The notes under the pieces: model-generated | What the model saw: only the letters and a program-made list of their open reading frames with translations | What the model was told of the DNA's origin: nothing | Database searches by the model: none | Assembly: GCA_033720355.1 (NCBI GenBank) | Contig: JAWWCR010000001.1 | Span: forward strand, 10,364-74,363 | Length of the DNA stretch: 64,000 bases | Reading direction: 5' to 3' | Source: Gemmatimonadota bacterium | GTDB taxonomy: Bacteria; Gemmatimonadota; Gemmatimonadetes; Palauibacterales; Palauibacteraceae | Made by a program: the position numbers and the translations under genes | Shown here: positions 24,263-33,563 of the stretch, one piece after another | Layout of the letters: every line of letters begins with the position of its first letter | Position numbering within the stretch: position 1 is the stretch's first letter

Positions 24263-24904
24263 TCAGCCCGCGTCGTCGTCCAGGATCCAGAGGACCCCGG
24301 CGGGCCCCGCGTTCACGATCTGGGTGTCGCCGACCGAGGAGCGCTCGCCCCAGCAGGCGTGGATGTGACCGCACACGACGAGCTTCGGGGCCGTCCGCTC
24401 GATGGTCTCGAGGACGGACCAGCTGCCCCGGTGACCGCCCGAGCCATCCGTATCCACATGGCCCTGCGGCGGCGAGTGCGACACGAGCACGGCGCCGGGC
24501 GGACAGTCGGCGAGCAGGGCGGCGGCCTCTTCCTCGGTGAGGTCGTAGCTCCAGTCGCCGAACGGGGTGACCGGGACCGCCGCGCCGAGACCGAAGAACG
24601 TCACGCCATCGATCTCCACCGACTCTCCGTGCAGTACGTGTGCGGTGCGCCAGCGGGTGCCCGCACCGGGGCTCGCGGCCCGCGCGCATGCCTCGCGGAG
24701 CTCCTCGGGCGACTCGCCGTTGCCACACACGAGGACCGTCGGTGTCTCGATCGCCGCGAGGACGTCCACGATCTCCTGGAGCCCGCCGCGCTTGATCGCC
24801 AGGTCACCGGCGATCACGACGACGTCGGCCTCCGCCGAGCGCGCGACGACCGACCGCGCAGCCTCGTGGTCGCGGTGGAGGTCCGAGACGAGGAGGAGAC
24901 GCAC
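24263..24904 (-). CDS. Metallophosphoesterase (calcineurin-like)
   Basis: C-terminal part of track ORF 24263..25642. GTG at 24902-24904 overlaps the upstream TAG by 1 nt. Motifs: VRLLLVSDLH, VVIAGDL, CGNGE, SHSPP and CGHIH. Confidence 0.7.
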   Translation of the reverse strand: MRLLLVSDLHRDHEAARSVVARSAEADVVVIAGDLAIKRGGLQEIVDVLAAIETPTVLVCGNGESPEELREACARAASPGAGTRWRTAHVLHGESVEIDGVTFFGLGAAVPVTPFGDWSYDLTEEEAAALLADCPPGAVLVSHSPPQGHVDTDGSGGHRGSWSVLETIERTAPKLVVCGHIHACWGERSSVGDTQIVNAGPAGVLWILDDDAG

Positions 24905-25692
24905 TACCGGCCGGCGGCCTCGCGACCGACCGCGATCGCGGCCGGATCGGTGACGATGAACACCCGGAAGCCCTGGGCGATCCGCTCGCCGATATCGTCG
25001 ACGCCGGCCGTGATCCCGCAGGGCACATCGTGCTCCCTGCACGCCGCGAGCACCGTCTGGATCGCGTTCTCGACGGCCTCCATGTCGCGCTCGTAGGCGC
25101 GGCTCAGGTCGCCGGGGCCCGCGAACACCACGCTGACGCCGTCGGTGGCCACGATCTCCGAGACGTTCGCGATGCCCTCGCGGTCCTCGACGATGAGGAA
25201 GTTCAGGTGCGCCCCATCCGCGCGGGCGGGCCAGGCGTCCGGCCCGCTCGCCCGGACGGACGCCGCGGCGTGGGCCGCGGTTTGCACGTGGGGGACGACG
25301 AGCACGTCGATCCCCGCCTCGAGCGCCTGGCCGGCGCGCTCGATCGCGCCCTGCGGGTCGTCGCCCACCGGCGGGATCCTGAGCGCCATCGGCCGCCGTG
25401 GCGCGTCCGCGCCCAGCCCCGCCTGCATGGCGTCGACGTAGGCCGCGTAGGTCTCGAGATCGAAGGGCCCGTTCTCGAGCGAGTAGAACACGAAGTCCAT
25501 CCCCGACAGCTTCGCCATCTCGGCGCCGCCCGCGGCGGACTGCTCGCCGGGGAAGATCCCGAAGATGACCTGGCCGTCGGCGAGGAGCTCGGCGAGCGAG
25601 GGAGAGGGTTCGGTCATCTGGGCCTCCGCGGCCGTTGTACACAGCGCCGCCGTGAGCGCGATGAACGCGGCGTGTCTTCCGATGCGAATCAT
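24904..25692 (-). CDS. HpcH/HpaI aldolase / citrate-lyase-beta family protein with signal peptide
   Basis: 262-aa ORF. N-terminus MIRIGRHAAFIALTAALCTTAAEAQ. TIM-barrel aldolase-like blocks: MDFVFYSLENGP, IVEDREGIANVSEIVATDGVSVVFAGPGDLS and VPCGI. Confidence 0.6.
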   Translation of the reverse strand: MIRIGRHAAFIALTAALCTTAAEAQMTEPSPSLAELLADGQVIFGIFPGEQSAAGGAEMAKLSGMDFVFYSLENGPFDLETYAAYVDAMQAGLGADAPRRPMALRIPPVGDDPQGAIERAGQALEAGIDVLVVPHVQTAAHAAASVRASGPDAWPARADGAHLNFLIVEDREGIANVSEIVATDGVSVVFAGPGDLSRAYERDMEAVENAIQTVLAACREHDVPCGITAGVDDIGERIAQGFRVFIVTDPAAIAVGREAAGR

Positions 25693-25765
25693 GTCGAGGC
25701 GTCTCCGGTCTCTACTTCCGTGGAACGAGGGCGGCTACGTTAACCCTCGTCGAAGGAGGTCCGCC

Positions 25766-26782
25766 ATGAAGACACGCAGGGAGTTTCTCGAGGAGGCGGC
25801 GCTCGGGGCGGCCGGGCTGGGAGTCGCCGGATTCGGTGTGACGGGCGTCGCCACGGCCCGCCCGGCATCCGCCGAGGGCACGGGCTTCTTCTACGACCCG
25901 CGGTGTCTCGCGCACGTCGTCCCCTCGAGAAACGGCGTCGCTCGTCCGGAGGTGAAGGAGCGCCTCATCCGCATCATGGAGGTGCTCGAGGAACGCGGGC
26001 TGATCGACGAGATGATCGCCTTCGACGCGCTGGCCGACCCGATGCCGTACATCGCCGCGCACCACACCCCCGAGCACGTCGCCTCGATTCGGGAGATCGA
26101 CGTGTCTGGCCCGCTCGCCGAGCTCGCGGTCGCCGGCGCGCTGGGCGCCGTCGCCGCCGTCGCGCACGGCGACGTCCGCAACGCCTTCTGTGCGATCCGG
26201 CCCCCCGGGCACCACGCCAACAACACCGGGGCCGAAGAGGGATTCTGCTACTACAGCAACGCGGCGATCGCGGCCCGGTACGCGCAACGCGCGCACGGGT
26301 TCGAGCGGGTCGCGATCATCGACTGGGACTACCACCACGGCAACGCCACCCAGAACGCGTTCTACGACGATCCGACCGTCCTCGTCTACTCGACGCACGA
26401 CTGGGCGGCCTACCCCGAGACCGGCGACCCGTCGCTCGCGGGCGAGGGCGACGGCATGGGGACGAACATCAACGTCCACCTCGATTGCGGCTCGCGCGAC
26501 CTCGACATGTTGAGGGCATGGGATGAGAAGCTCGAACCCGCGATCGCGGCGTTCGACCCCGACTTCATCATCGTATCGGCGGGGTTCGACAGCCGGAAGG
26601 ACGATCTGCTCGGGTGCTTCGACGTCGAGGACGACGCGTTCCGCCGCATGACGCGGGCGGCGATGGGCTTCGCCGACTCGTGCTGCGAGGGGCGGCTCGT
26701 CTCGCTTCTCGAGGGGGGCTACAACATCGACGGGCTGGCGCTCGCCACCGCCGCCCACGTGGAGACGCTGCTGGGGGGCTGA
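25766..26782 (+). CDS. Histone deacetylase-family (arginase-fold) amidohydrolase with Tat signal
   Basis: ATG 25766 is preceded by GAAGGAGG. MKTRREFLEEAALGAAGLGVAG contains T-R-R-x-F-L. Motifs: IRPPGHHA, IDWDYHHGNATQ, SAGFDS and LLEGGYN. Confidence 0.8.
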   Translation: MKTRREFLEEAALGAAGLGVAGFGVTGVATARPASAEGTGFFYDPRCLAHVVPSRNGVARPEVKERLIRIMEVLEERGLIDEMIAFDALADPMPYIAAHHTPEHVASIREIDVSGPLAELAVAGALGAVAAVAHGDVRNAFCAIRPPGHHANNTGAEEGFCYYSNAAIAARYAQRAHGFERVAIIDWDYHHGNATQNAFYDDPTVLVYSTHDWAAYPETGDPSLAGEGDGMGTNINVHLDCGSRDLDMLRAWDEKLEPAIAAFDPDFIIVSAGFDSRKDDLLGCFDVEDDAFRRMTRAAMGFADSCCEGRLVSLLEGGYNIDGLALATAAHVETLLGG

Positions 26783-26813
26783 GTCGCCGCCGCGCGGCGA
26801 CGGGACGGCCGGT

Positions 26814-27854
26814 TCAGACGTTGAAGCGGATGTGCATGATGTCGCCGTCCGAGACGACGTAGTCCTTCCCCTCGACCTGGAGCTTCCCGGCATCCTTCAC
26901 GGCCTGCTCGGAGCCGTGCGCCATGAAGACGTCGTACGGGGTGACCTCGGCGCGGATAAAGCCGCGCTCGAGGTCGGTGTGGATGCGGCCGGCGGCCTGT
27001 CTGGCCGGGGTCCCCCGGCGGATCGTCCACGCACGGACTTCGTCCGGCCCCACCGTGAAGAAGGAGATCAGATCGAGGAGCCCGTACGCCGTCCTGATGA
27101 AGCGACCGAGCGCCGACTCCTTCACGCCGAGATCCTCGAGGAAGGCCGCCTGGTCCGATGGGTCGAGACCCGCGATCTCGGCCTCGAGCGCGGCCGACAG
27201 GGCCAGACCGGCGCCGCCGATCTCCTCGATCCGGGCCGCCAGGTCGTCCGGCAGCGGGTCGCCGGCGCGCTCCTCGGCGACATTGAGCGCTACGAGCAGC
27301 GGTCTGTCGGTGAGGAGACCGTACCCCTTGAGAAAGCCGCGGTTGAGCGCCGTGCGAGGAATCGACCGGATCGGACGCTCGCCCTCCAGCGCCTCGAGCA
27401 TCTTCTCGAACGCGATCAGCTCGACCGGGTTGACCTGCTCCTTCCGTCCGCGGTCGAGCCGCTTCTCCACGATCTCGTGATCCGCGAAGACGCACTCGGC
27501 GTGGAAACCCTCGAGGTCGCCGAGCGGGTCGGGGTCCCCCGCGAGTGCGGGGTTGTCGAAGTCGCGCAGCACGAGACAGAGCGCCTCCTGCTCGCGGATC
27601 TGCTGGAGCGACCTGCCGGTGAGCCCCTTCTTCTCGGCGCCGTGCTCGCCGGGGATGTCGCAGAACGTCATCTCGGCGTACGTCGTCTTCTTCGGCGAGA
27701 AGATCTCGCTCAGCCGATCGATCCGTTCGTCGGGGACGCGCGTCGTGCCGAGCTTGACCTCGCCGCCGAAGCCGACGGGCACGTCGAGCCCCGTCATGGC
27801 GTTGAACACGGTCGTCTTGCCCGATCCGGCGAAGCCCACGAGTCCGATCTTCAT
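26814..27854 (-). CDS. ychF: YchF-family ribosome-binding ATPase/GTPase
   Basis: Trimmed to MKIGLVGFAGSGKTTVFNAMTG (P-loop). It has DIPG, FFTVGPDEVRAWTIRRGT..AGRIHTDLERGFIRAEV, and a C-terminal GKDYVVSDGDIMHIRFNV (TGS-like end typical of YchF). Confidence 0.8.
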   Translation of the reverse strand: MKIGLVGFAGSGKTTVFNAMTGLDVPVGFGGEVKLGTTRVPDERIDRLSEIFSPKKTTYAEMTFCDIPGEHGAEKKGLTGRSLQQIREQEALCLVLRDFDNPALAGDPDPLGDLEGFHAECVFADHEIVEKRLDRGRKEQVNPVELIAFEKMLEALEGERPIRSIPRTALNRGFLKGYGLLTDRPLLVALNVAEERAGDPLPDDLAARIEEIGGAGLALSAALEAEIAGLDPSDQAAFLEDLGVKESALGRFIRTAYGLLDLISFFTVGPDEVRAWTIRRGTPARQAAGRIHTDLERGFIRAEVTPYDVFMAHGSEQAVKDAGKLQVEGKDYVVSDGDIMHIRFNV

Positions 27855-27983
27855 CGCGGGAAGGTCCGTGCATCGAGCCCCGCCCGCAACCAACTTGTGC
27901 CCGTACGCCTCCAACCTGCGGAGACCCGCGTGAGGAGGCCGATCGCGCGGACGATCGCGCAACTACCCGAGACGAGTCGAGCC

Positions 27984-30893
27984 ATGCCCCAGCACCTGCT
28001 TCGTCGACCCGAGTCCCCGCTTCGACATCGTATCCCGAGTCGCCGGCGCTTCGGGTGTCGGTCGCTCGCGGCGGTCGCGCTGCTCGTCGCGACCGCCCCG
28101 GTCCGCTCGTCGATCGGGCAGGAGCTCCCCACGATCGACCCGGCCGACTACGGTCGCTGGGAGAACTTCGGGTTTCCGACGGCGCTGTCTCCGTTCGGAG
28201 ACTGGCTCGCGTACCCGGTCACACGGGTGAACGAGGAGAACGAGCTGCGGATCCGGCAGATCGACGGCGACTCGACGCACGTCGTGCCGTGGGGGTCGAG
28301 CCCCGGCTTCTCGGCGAACGGCCGGTGGCTCGTCTGGACCGTGGGTGTCTCACCCGACGAGCGCGAGCGCGCGCAGGAGGCGAACGAGCCCGTCCGCAAC
28401 TCGCTCACCCTGCTGGATCTCGAGACGTGGGCCGAGCGGTCGTTCGACGAGGTGGTGGCGAGCGCCTTCGACGCGACCGGGCGATTCCTGGCCCTCCACT
28501 CCTACGCCCCGGACGAGCCCGAGGGGAAGGGCGCCGACCTCCGGATCCTCGATCTCGAGGGTGGCGGAGAGACGACGTTCGGCAACGTCGGCGAGTTCGC
28601 GTGGAGCGACTCGCTGTCGCTCGTCGCGTGGACGGTCGCGACGGGCGAGGATGCGGCGAACGGCGTGCAGCTGTACGACCCGACCGACGGACGAATCCGA
28701 TCGCTCCACAGCTCGGGTTCGGCGTATCGGGGTCTCGCGTGGCGCGAGGGCGCCGCGGACCTCGCCGTCCTGCGCACCGAGGACGAGGCGAGCGAGGACG
28801 ACGATGAGCACGAGGTCCTGGCGTGGCGCGGGCTCGAGCGTCCCGGGGCGACGGCGCTCGTCCTCACGGATGAGACCACCGGGATCGCCGATGAGATGGA
28901 CATCGTCCGCCACGCGACGCCGCGGTGGGCGGATGACGGCTCGATGATCGCGATCGGGTTGCGGCCCGAGCCGGACGATGACGAGGACGAGGACGCCGAG
29001 GAGGAGTCACCGGAGGACGACGGCGCCACGCCCGAAGAGGACGACCCCGGCACGGGAGACGAGGGGGAGGAGACGGGTGCCGACGGGAAGGCCGAGGACG
29101 AGGAGCCCGAGCTCCCCGGCGTACAGATCTGGCACACGCGCGACGTCCGTCCCTATCCGCAGCAGAAGGTGGCGGAGACGAGCGATCAGCGTCGGACGCT
29201 GACCGCCGTGTGGAGCCTCGACGAGATGCGCGTCGTGCAGCTCGGGGAGGATCTCCTCGAGGCGGCGCGTCTGCTCGAGGGGTGGCGGTGGGCCGTCGAG
29301 AACGACGCCGACCCATACCCCTTCGGCAACATGTTCGGGAAGCCGTACCGCGACGTGTGGCGCATCGACGTGGCGACGGGTGAGCGCGAGCGGATCGCCG
29401 AGCGCGAGCGGTATCTGTGGACGAGCCCCGGCGGGACGCGGTACGTCGCGTTCGACGGCGAGCACTACCGGTCGGCGGACATCGGTGCGGCCGAAGGGAC
29501 CGGCTACATCCTCACCGAGTCGATTCCCGCAGTCTTCGCCGACACGGCGTACGACACGCCCACCGACATGCTGCCGCCGTTCGGGTTCGGTCCGGGCGGC
29601 TGGTACGAGGGCGACGAGACCGTGCTGCTGTACGACGAGCACGACATCTGGCGCGTGTCGCTCACCGGGGATGCGCCTGTCCGTCTCACTGAAGGTGCGG
29701 AGAACGGCGTCACCTACCGCGTCGCGTTCCAACGCGACGACGACGTGCCCGGGCTGTCGGCCGACGAGCCGATCTACCTCTCGATGCACGACGATGCGAC
29801 CGAGCAGCGCGGCTACGCTCGGCTGATGCCCGATGGGTCGGTCGAGTCGCTCGTGTTCGACGACCTGTACTTCCTCGGTCTCACGCAGGCCGACAGCGCC
29901 GACGTCTTCATGTACCGGTCGATGGCGTTCGATCGCTCACCGAACGTCTACGTCGGGGGGCCGCGGCTCGTCGACGCGCGGCAGGTCACCGATCTCAACC
30001 CGTTCATGTCGGAGTACGCGTGGGGCACCGCCGAGCTGTTCGATTTCACGAGCGAGCAGGGGAGGGAGCTCCAGGCCGGTATCCTCCTCCCGGCGAACCA
30101 CGAGGGCGGACCGGTTCCCACGATCGTCTACACGTACGAGATCCTCACGCCGCAGATCCACCTGTTCCGCCGGCCGAGCGAGCACGACTACTACAACTTC
30201 ACGGCGTGGACACAGGCGGGATACGCCGTCCTCCTCCCCGATATCGTGTATACATGGCGCGAGCCCGGTCCGAGCGCGCTCGCGGCGGTTCGCGCGGCCG
30301 TCGCCGAGGCCGTGGAGCTCGGGTATACGGACCCCGACGCCGTCGGGCTGATCGGGCACTCGTGGGGCGGCTACCAGGCCACCTTCCTTCCCACGCGCAC
30401 CGACATATTCGCGGCCTCGGTCGCGGGGGCGCCGCTCACCGATTTCGTGAGCTTCATGGGCCAGTTCCACTGGGGCCCGGGGATCCCCGAGCTGACCCAC
30501 TGGGAGACCGGGCAGGGCCGCATGGAGGTCCCGTTCTGGGAGGATCCCGAGGCGCACCGGCGAAGCTCGCCGATCCACCGCGTGCACGAGATGGAGACGC
30601 CGCTCCTAATGGCGCACGGGGACGAGGACGGGGTCGTCGACTGGGATCAGGCGACCGAGTTCTACAACTTCGCGCGCCGCGCCGGGAAGGAGATGGTCCT
30701 GCTGGTGTACGAGGGGGAGGACCACGGATTCCGCGAGGAGGCGAACCAGGTGGACTACCACCGCCGGATCCTCGAGTGGTTCGGTCACTACCTGCGGGGC
30801 GACCCGGCGCCCGCCTGGATTACCGACGGCGTCGCGCTCGAGGACCTCGAGGATGAGAAGGAGCGGGTGGCCAAGAAGGGGACGAAGCCGTGA
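27984..30893 (+). CDS. Peptidase S9 (prolyl oligopeptidase / DPP family), secreted, with beta-propeller N-domain and acidic insert
   Basis: C-terminal 969 codons of track ORF 26832..30893, starting at ATG 27984. It has a signal-like region (LAAVALLVATAPVRS). The catalytic domain carries GLIGHSWGGY (Ser), GDEDGVVD (Asp) and EDHGF (His). Confidence 0.8.
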   Translation: MPQHLLRRPESPLRHRIPSRRRFGCRSLAAVALLVATAPVRSSIGQELPTIDPADYGRWENFGFPTALSPFGDWLAYPVTRVNEENELRIRQIDGDSTHVVPWGSSPGFSANGRWLVWTVGVSPDERERAQEANEPVRNSLTLLDLETWAERSFDEVVASAFDATGRFLALHSYAPDEPEGKGADLRILDLEGGGETTFGNVGEFAWSDSLSLVAWTVATGEDAANGVQLYDPTDGRIRSLHSSGSAYRGLAWREGAADLAVLRTEDEASEDDDEHEVLAWRGLERPGATALVLTDETTGIADEMDIVRHATPRWADDGSMIAIGLRPEPDDDEDEDAEEESPEDDGATPEEDDPGTGDEGEETGADGKAEDEEPELPGVQIWHTRDVRPYPQQKVAETSDQRRTLTAVWSLDEMRVVQLGEDLLEAARLLEGWRWAVENDADPYPFGNMFGKPYRDVWRIDVATGERERIAERERYLWTSPGGTRYVAFDGEHYRSADIGAAEGTGYILTESIPAVFADTAYDTPTDMLPPFGFGPGGWYEGDETVLLYDEHDIWRVSLTGDAPVRLTEGAENGVTYRVAFQRDDDVPGLSADEPIYLSMHDDATEQRGYARLMPDGSVESLVFDDLYFLGLTQADSADVFMYRSMAFDRSPNVYVGGPRLVDARQVTDLNPFMSEYAWGTAELFDFTSEQGRELQAGILLPANHEGGPVPTIVYTYEILTPQIHLFRRPSEHDYYNFTAWTQAGYAVLLPDIVYTWREPGPSALAAVRAAVAEAVELGYTDPDAVGLIGHSWGGYQATFLPTRTDIFAASVAGAPLTDFVSFMGQFHWGPGIPELTHWETGQGRMEVPFWEDPEAHRRSSPIHRVHEMETPLLMAHGDEDGVVDWDQATEFYNFARRAGKEMVLLVYEGEDHGFREEANQVDYHRRILEWFGHYLRGDPAPAWITDGVALEDLEDEKERVAKKGTKP

Positions 30894-30924
30894 GCCGCCG
30901 GACCGACGAGACGGCGACCGCGCC

Positions 30925-31863
30925 GTGACGCCGATCTTTCGTGTCGGGGCCGTGCTGACGGCGCTCGTGGTCGGCGGCGTGGTCCTCCTGCGCGGGTCGA
31001 ACCCGGAACCGGACGCCCCGCGACTGCCCGATCGCACGGTCGATTCGCAGGCGACCTGGACCCACGAGGATTGGGATGTCTTCGCTTCGAAGGTGCGGTG
31101 GGCCCGCGCAGAGGGGCTCGACCGCGCCGAGGCGGGAGAGGCGGTGGGCCGGCTGGCCCGCTCGTTCGTGGACACGCCCTACACGCCCGGCACGCTCGAG
31201 GCGGAGGGTCCCGAAGGTCTCGTGATCAACTTTCGCGAGTTCGACTGCGTCACCTTCGTCGAGAACATGCTCGCGATGACGAGGTTCATCAGGGGCGGCG
31301 GGGCGGAGCTCCTGGCCGACCCGGATCGGGCCCGCGCGACCTACGAGGAGTACCTGACCGATCTGCGGTACCGCGGCGGCCGTCTCGATGGATACGCGAG
31401 CCGTCTGCACTACTTCTCCGAGTGGCTGTCCGACAACGCAGGGCGGGGGCTCGTCGTGCCCGTCACACCCGAGCTCGACCCGGCGCTCGACGACGAACCG
31501 ATCGATTTCATGTCCTCGCACCCCGACGCGTACCGGCAGCTCGCCGACCCCGGCGTGCTCGCGGCGATCGCCCGGATGGAAGAGCGTCTGAACGCGGCCG
31601 GCCCGCGCGTCTACGTGCCGGAATCGCGCATCGCGGACATCGCAGACCGGATCCGAACGGGTGATGTGATCGCGGCCACCTCGACGGTGTCGGGGCTCGA
31701 CATCGCCCACACCGGGCTCGCCCTGTGGATCGACGGTCGGCTCCACATGGTACACGCCCCGCTGGTCGGCCGGTCGGTCGAGATCTCCGAGGCGCCCCTC
31801 GCCGAGCGCATCGCGAGGATCTCGGGACAGGACGGCATCATGGTCGCGCGGCCGATCTTCTGA
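30925..31863 (+). CDS. DUF1460-like exported protein (possible amidase / cysteine-peptidase-like fold)
   Basis: GTG 30925, N-terminal TM (IFRVGAVLTALVVGGVVLL). FVDTPYTPGTLE...INFREFDCVTFVENMLAM and ...DIAHTGLALWIDGRLHMVHA resemble DUF1460 as I remember it. Confidence 0.5.
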   Translation: MTPIFRVGAVLTALVVGGVVLLRGSNPEPDAPRLPDRTVDSQATWTHEDWDVFASKVRWARAEGLDRAEAGEAVGRLARSFVDTPYTPGTLEAEGPEGLVINFREFDCVTFVENMLAMTRFIRGGGAELLADPDRARATYEEYLTDLRYRGGRLDGYASRLHYFSEWLSDNAGRGLVVPVTPELDPALDDEPIDFMSSHPDAYRQLADPGVLAAIARMEERLNAAGPRVYVPESRIADIADRIRTGDVIAATSTVSGLDIAHTGLALWIDGRLHMVHAPLVGRSVEISEAPLAERIARISGQDGIMVARPIF

Positions 31864-31875
31864 GTCGCCGCGCCC

Positions 31876-33498
31876 TCACTGCCGGGGGAGCGGCGGAAAC
31901 CCGTCCGGCGGGCGGCGGTGCCGCGTCGCCTGCTCGTAGGCGTGGGCGTAGCTGAACAGGAGGCCCTCGGCCCACGGACGGGCGAGGATCTGGAGACCCG
32001 CCGGCCACTCTCCGTTCGTAAACCCCATCGGAACGGTGATCGCCGGCATCCCCGTCGCCGGGGCGACGAGCTGACTGTTGTCGCCGCAGTATTCTTCGTC
32101 TCCCCGGTCGATCGGAGCCGGTACGCACAACCATGACGGGTAGACGAGCGCGTCCACCCGCGCTTCGTCCATGGCCGCCACGAGCTCGGACAGATACGCC
32201 TGCCGCCCCGGGTTGGTCGCGTAGTCCGGGCACGGATCGTCCCACTCGGATGGGTGAACATCGAACGGCGTTTCGACGGCCCGCCGGATGCGTGCCTCCC
32301 CGAACTCGGTGTAGTCCCCCGTGTCCAGCACCTCGACGACGTCGCGGATCGGCGCATCGTCGCCCAACGACGCCAGGTACTGTCCGACATCGTACCGGAA
32401 CCGGTTGCAGTACATCCCCTCGCGGTCGTTCTGCGCGTCGACGTCGAACACGAAGGGGTCGACGAGATCGGCGCCGAGCGCCGCCAGATCGCGGAGAGCG
32501 ATCTCGAATAGCGACACGATCGCGGGGTCGGCCCCTCCGCGGTCGACGAGCGAGCGGAGCACGCCGATACGGGCCCCCTCGAGAGCCGTGGGATCGAGAA
32601 ACGCCGTGTAGTCGTCCTCGCGACGCTCGAACGCGGCGAGCGTGTACGGGTCGGCCGGGTCGGTCCCCGCGACGACGTCGAATACGCGCGCCACGTCCTC
32701 GACGGTTCGCCCCATCGGTCCGGCGATGTCCCGATCGAAGGAGAGCGGGATGACGCCGTCGCGGCTCGTCAGACCGATCGTCGAACGAATCCCCACGAGC
32801 GCGAGGTGCGAAGATGGGCCGCGGATCGAGTTCCCCGTGTCGGAGCCCAGTCCGATGAGGCCGAGACTGGCGGCCACCCCCGAAGCGGTGCCGCCGCTCG
32901 AGCCGGCCGGCACGCGCCCGAGGTCGTACGCGTTGCGCGTCGTCCCGAACGACGAGCTCACCGTCTGACGCGGGCTGAACGCCCACTCGGCCATGTTGGT
33001 CTTCGCGATCACGATGGCGTCGGCACGACGGATCGCCCCGACCATGAACGCGTCGTCCGGGGGAACGCTCCGTGCGAGCGCGCTCGACCCGCCCGTCGTC
33101 ACCATGTCGCGCGTGTCGAAGTTGTCCTTCACGAGCATCGGCACGCAGAAGAGCGGCCCCAGCTCGGCGCCGATGGAGATCGCGGCGTCTATCTCATCGG
33201 CTCGTCGCAGGGCGGTGGGGTTCACGACGGTGATCGCGTCGAGGTCGGCATCGTACGCCTCGATGCGGGCGAGGTGGCCCTCGACGACCTCTCGGCACGT
33301 TGTCCGGCCGCTCCGGATGGCCAGCTGGACACCCTCGATCGTCGCCTCGGCAACCTCGAACGAGGGAGGTTCGTCGTCGCAGCCCATCGCGGTGAGACCG
33401 CAGAAGATCGCGGCGGCCCATGGCGTCGGAATCGATGCGAGCGCCGTCCGGCGGCGTCTCGGGGCGGGGGCGGGTCGGGTCTGGTGTGGGAAGCGCAT
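31876..33498 (-). CDS. Amidase-signature family amidase, lipoprotein-type signal
   Basis: Trimmed to ATG 33496-33498 (MRFPHQTRPAPAPRRRRTALAS...FCGLTAMGC). Motifs: KDNFDT and GGSSGGTASGVAASLG, the amidase signature. Confidence 0.8.
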   Translation of the reverse strand: MRFPHQTRPAPAPRRRRTALASIPTPWAAAIFCGLTAMGCDDEPPSFEVAEATIEGVQLAIRSGRTTCREVVEGHLARIEAYDADLDAITVVNPTALRRADEIDAAISIGAELGPLFCVPMLVKDNFDTRDMVTTGGSSALARSVPPDDAFMVGAIRRADAIVIAKTNMAEWAFSPRQTVSSSFGTTRNAYDLGRVPAGSSGGTASGVAASLGLIGLGSDTGNSIRGPSSHLALVGIRSTIGLTSRDGVIPLSFDRDIAGPMGRTVEDVARVFDVVAGTDPADPYTLAAFERREDDYTAFLDPTALEGARIGVLRSLVDRGGADPAIVSLFEIALRDLAALGADLVDPFVFDVDAQNDREGMYCNRFRYDVGQYLASLGDDAPIRDVVEVLDTGDYTEFGEARIRRAVETPFDVHPSEWDDPCPDYATNPGRQAYLSELVAAMDEARVDALVYPSWLCVPAPIDRGDEEYCGDNSQLVAPATGMPAITVPMGFTNGEWPAGLQILARPWAEGLLFSYAHAYEQATRHRRPPDGFPPLPRQ

Positions 33499-33563
33499 GG
33501 GAACGAGCATATCAGCGCGACCCCGATCATGAACCCCGTGAACCGCACCCGGAGCCCCGACGG

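Noticed and set aside
28966-29115. GA-rich repetitive DNA (and the GGN tract at 42243..42310) as possible tandem repeat, CRISPR-like or mobile sequence.
   Set aside because: Both lie in frame inside long, well-supported genes and encode acidic or glycine low-complexity protein segments. There is no repeat-spacer periodicity.
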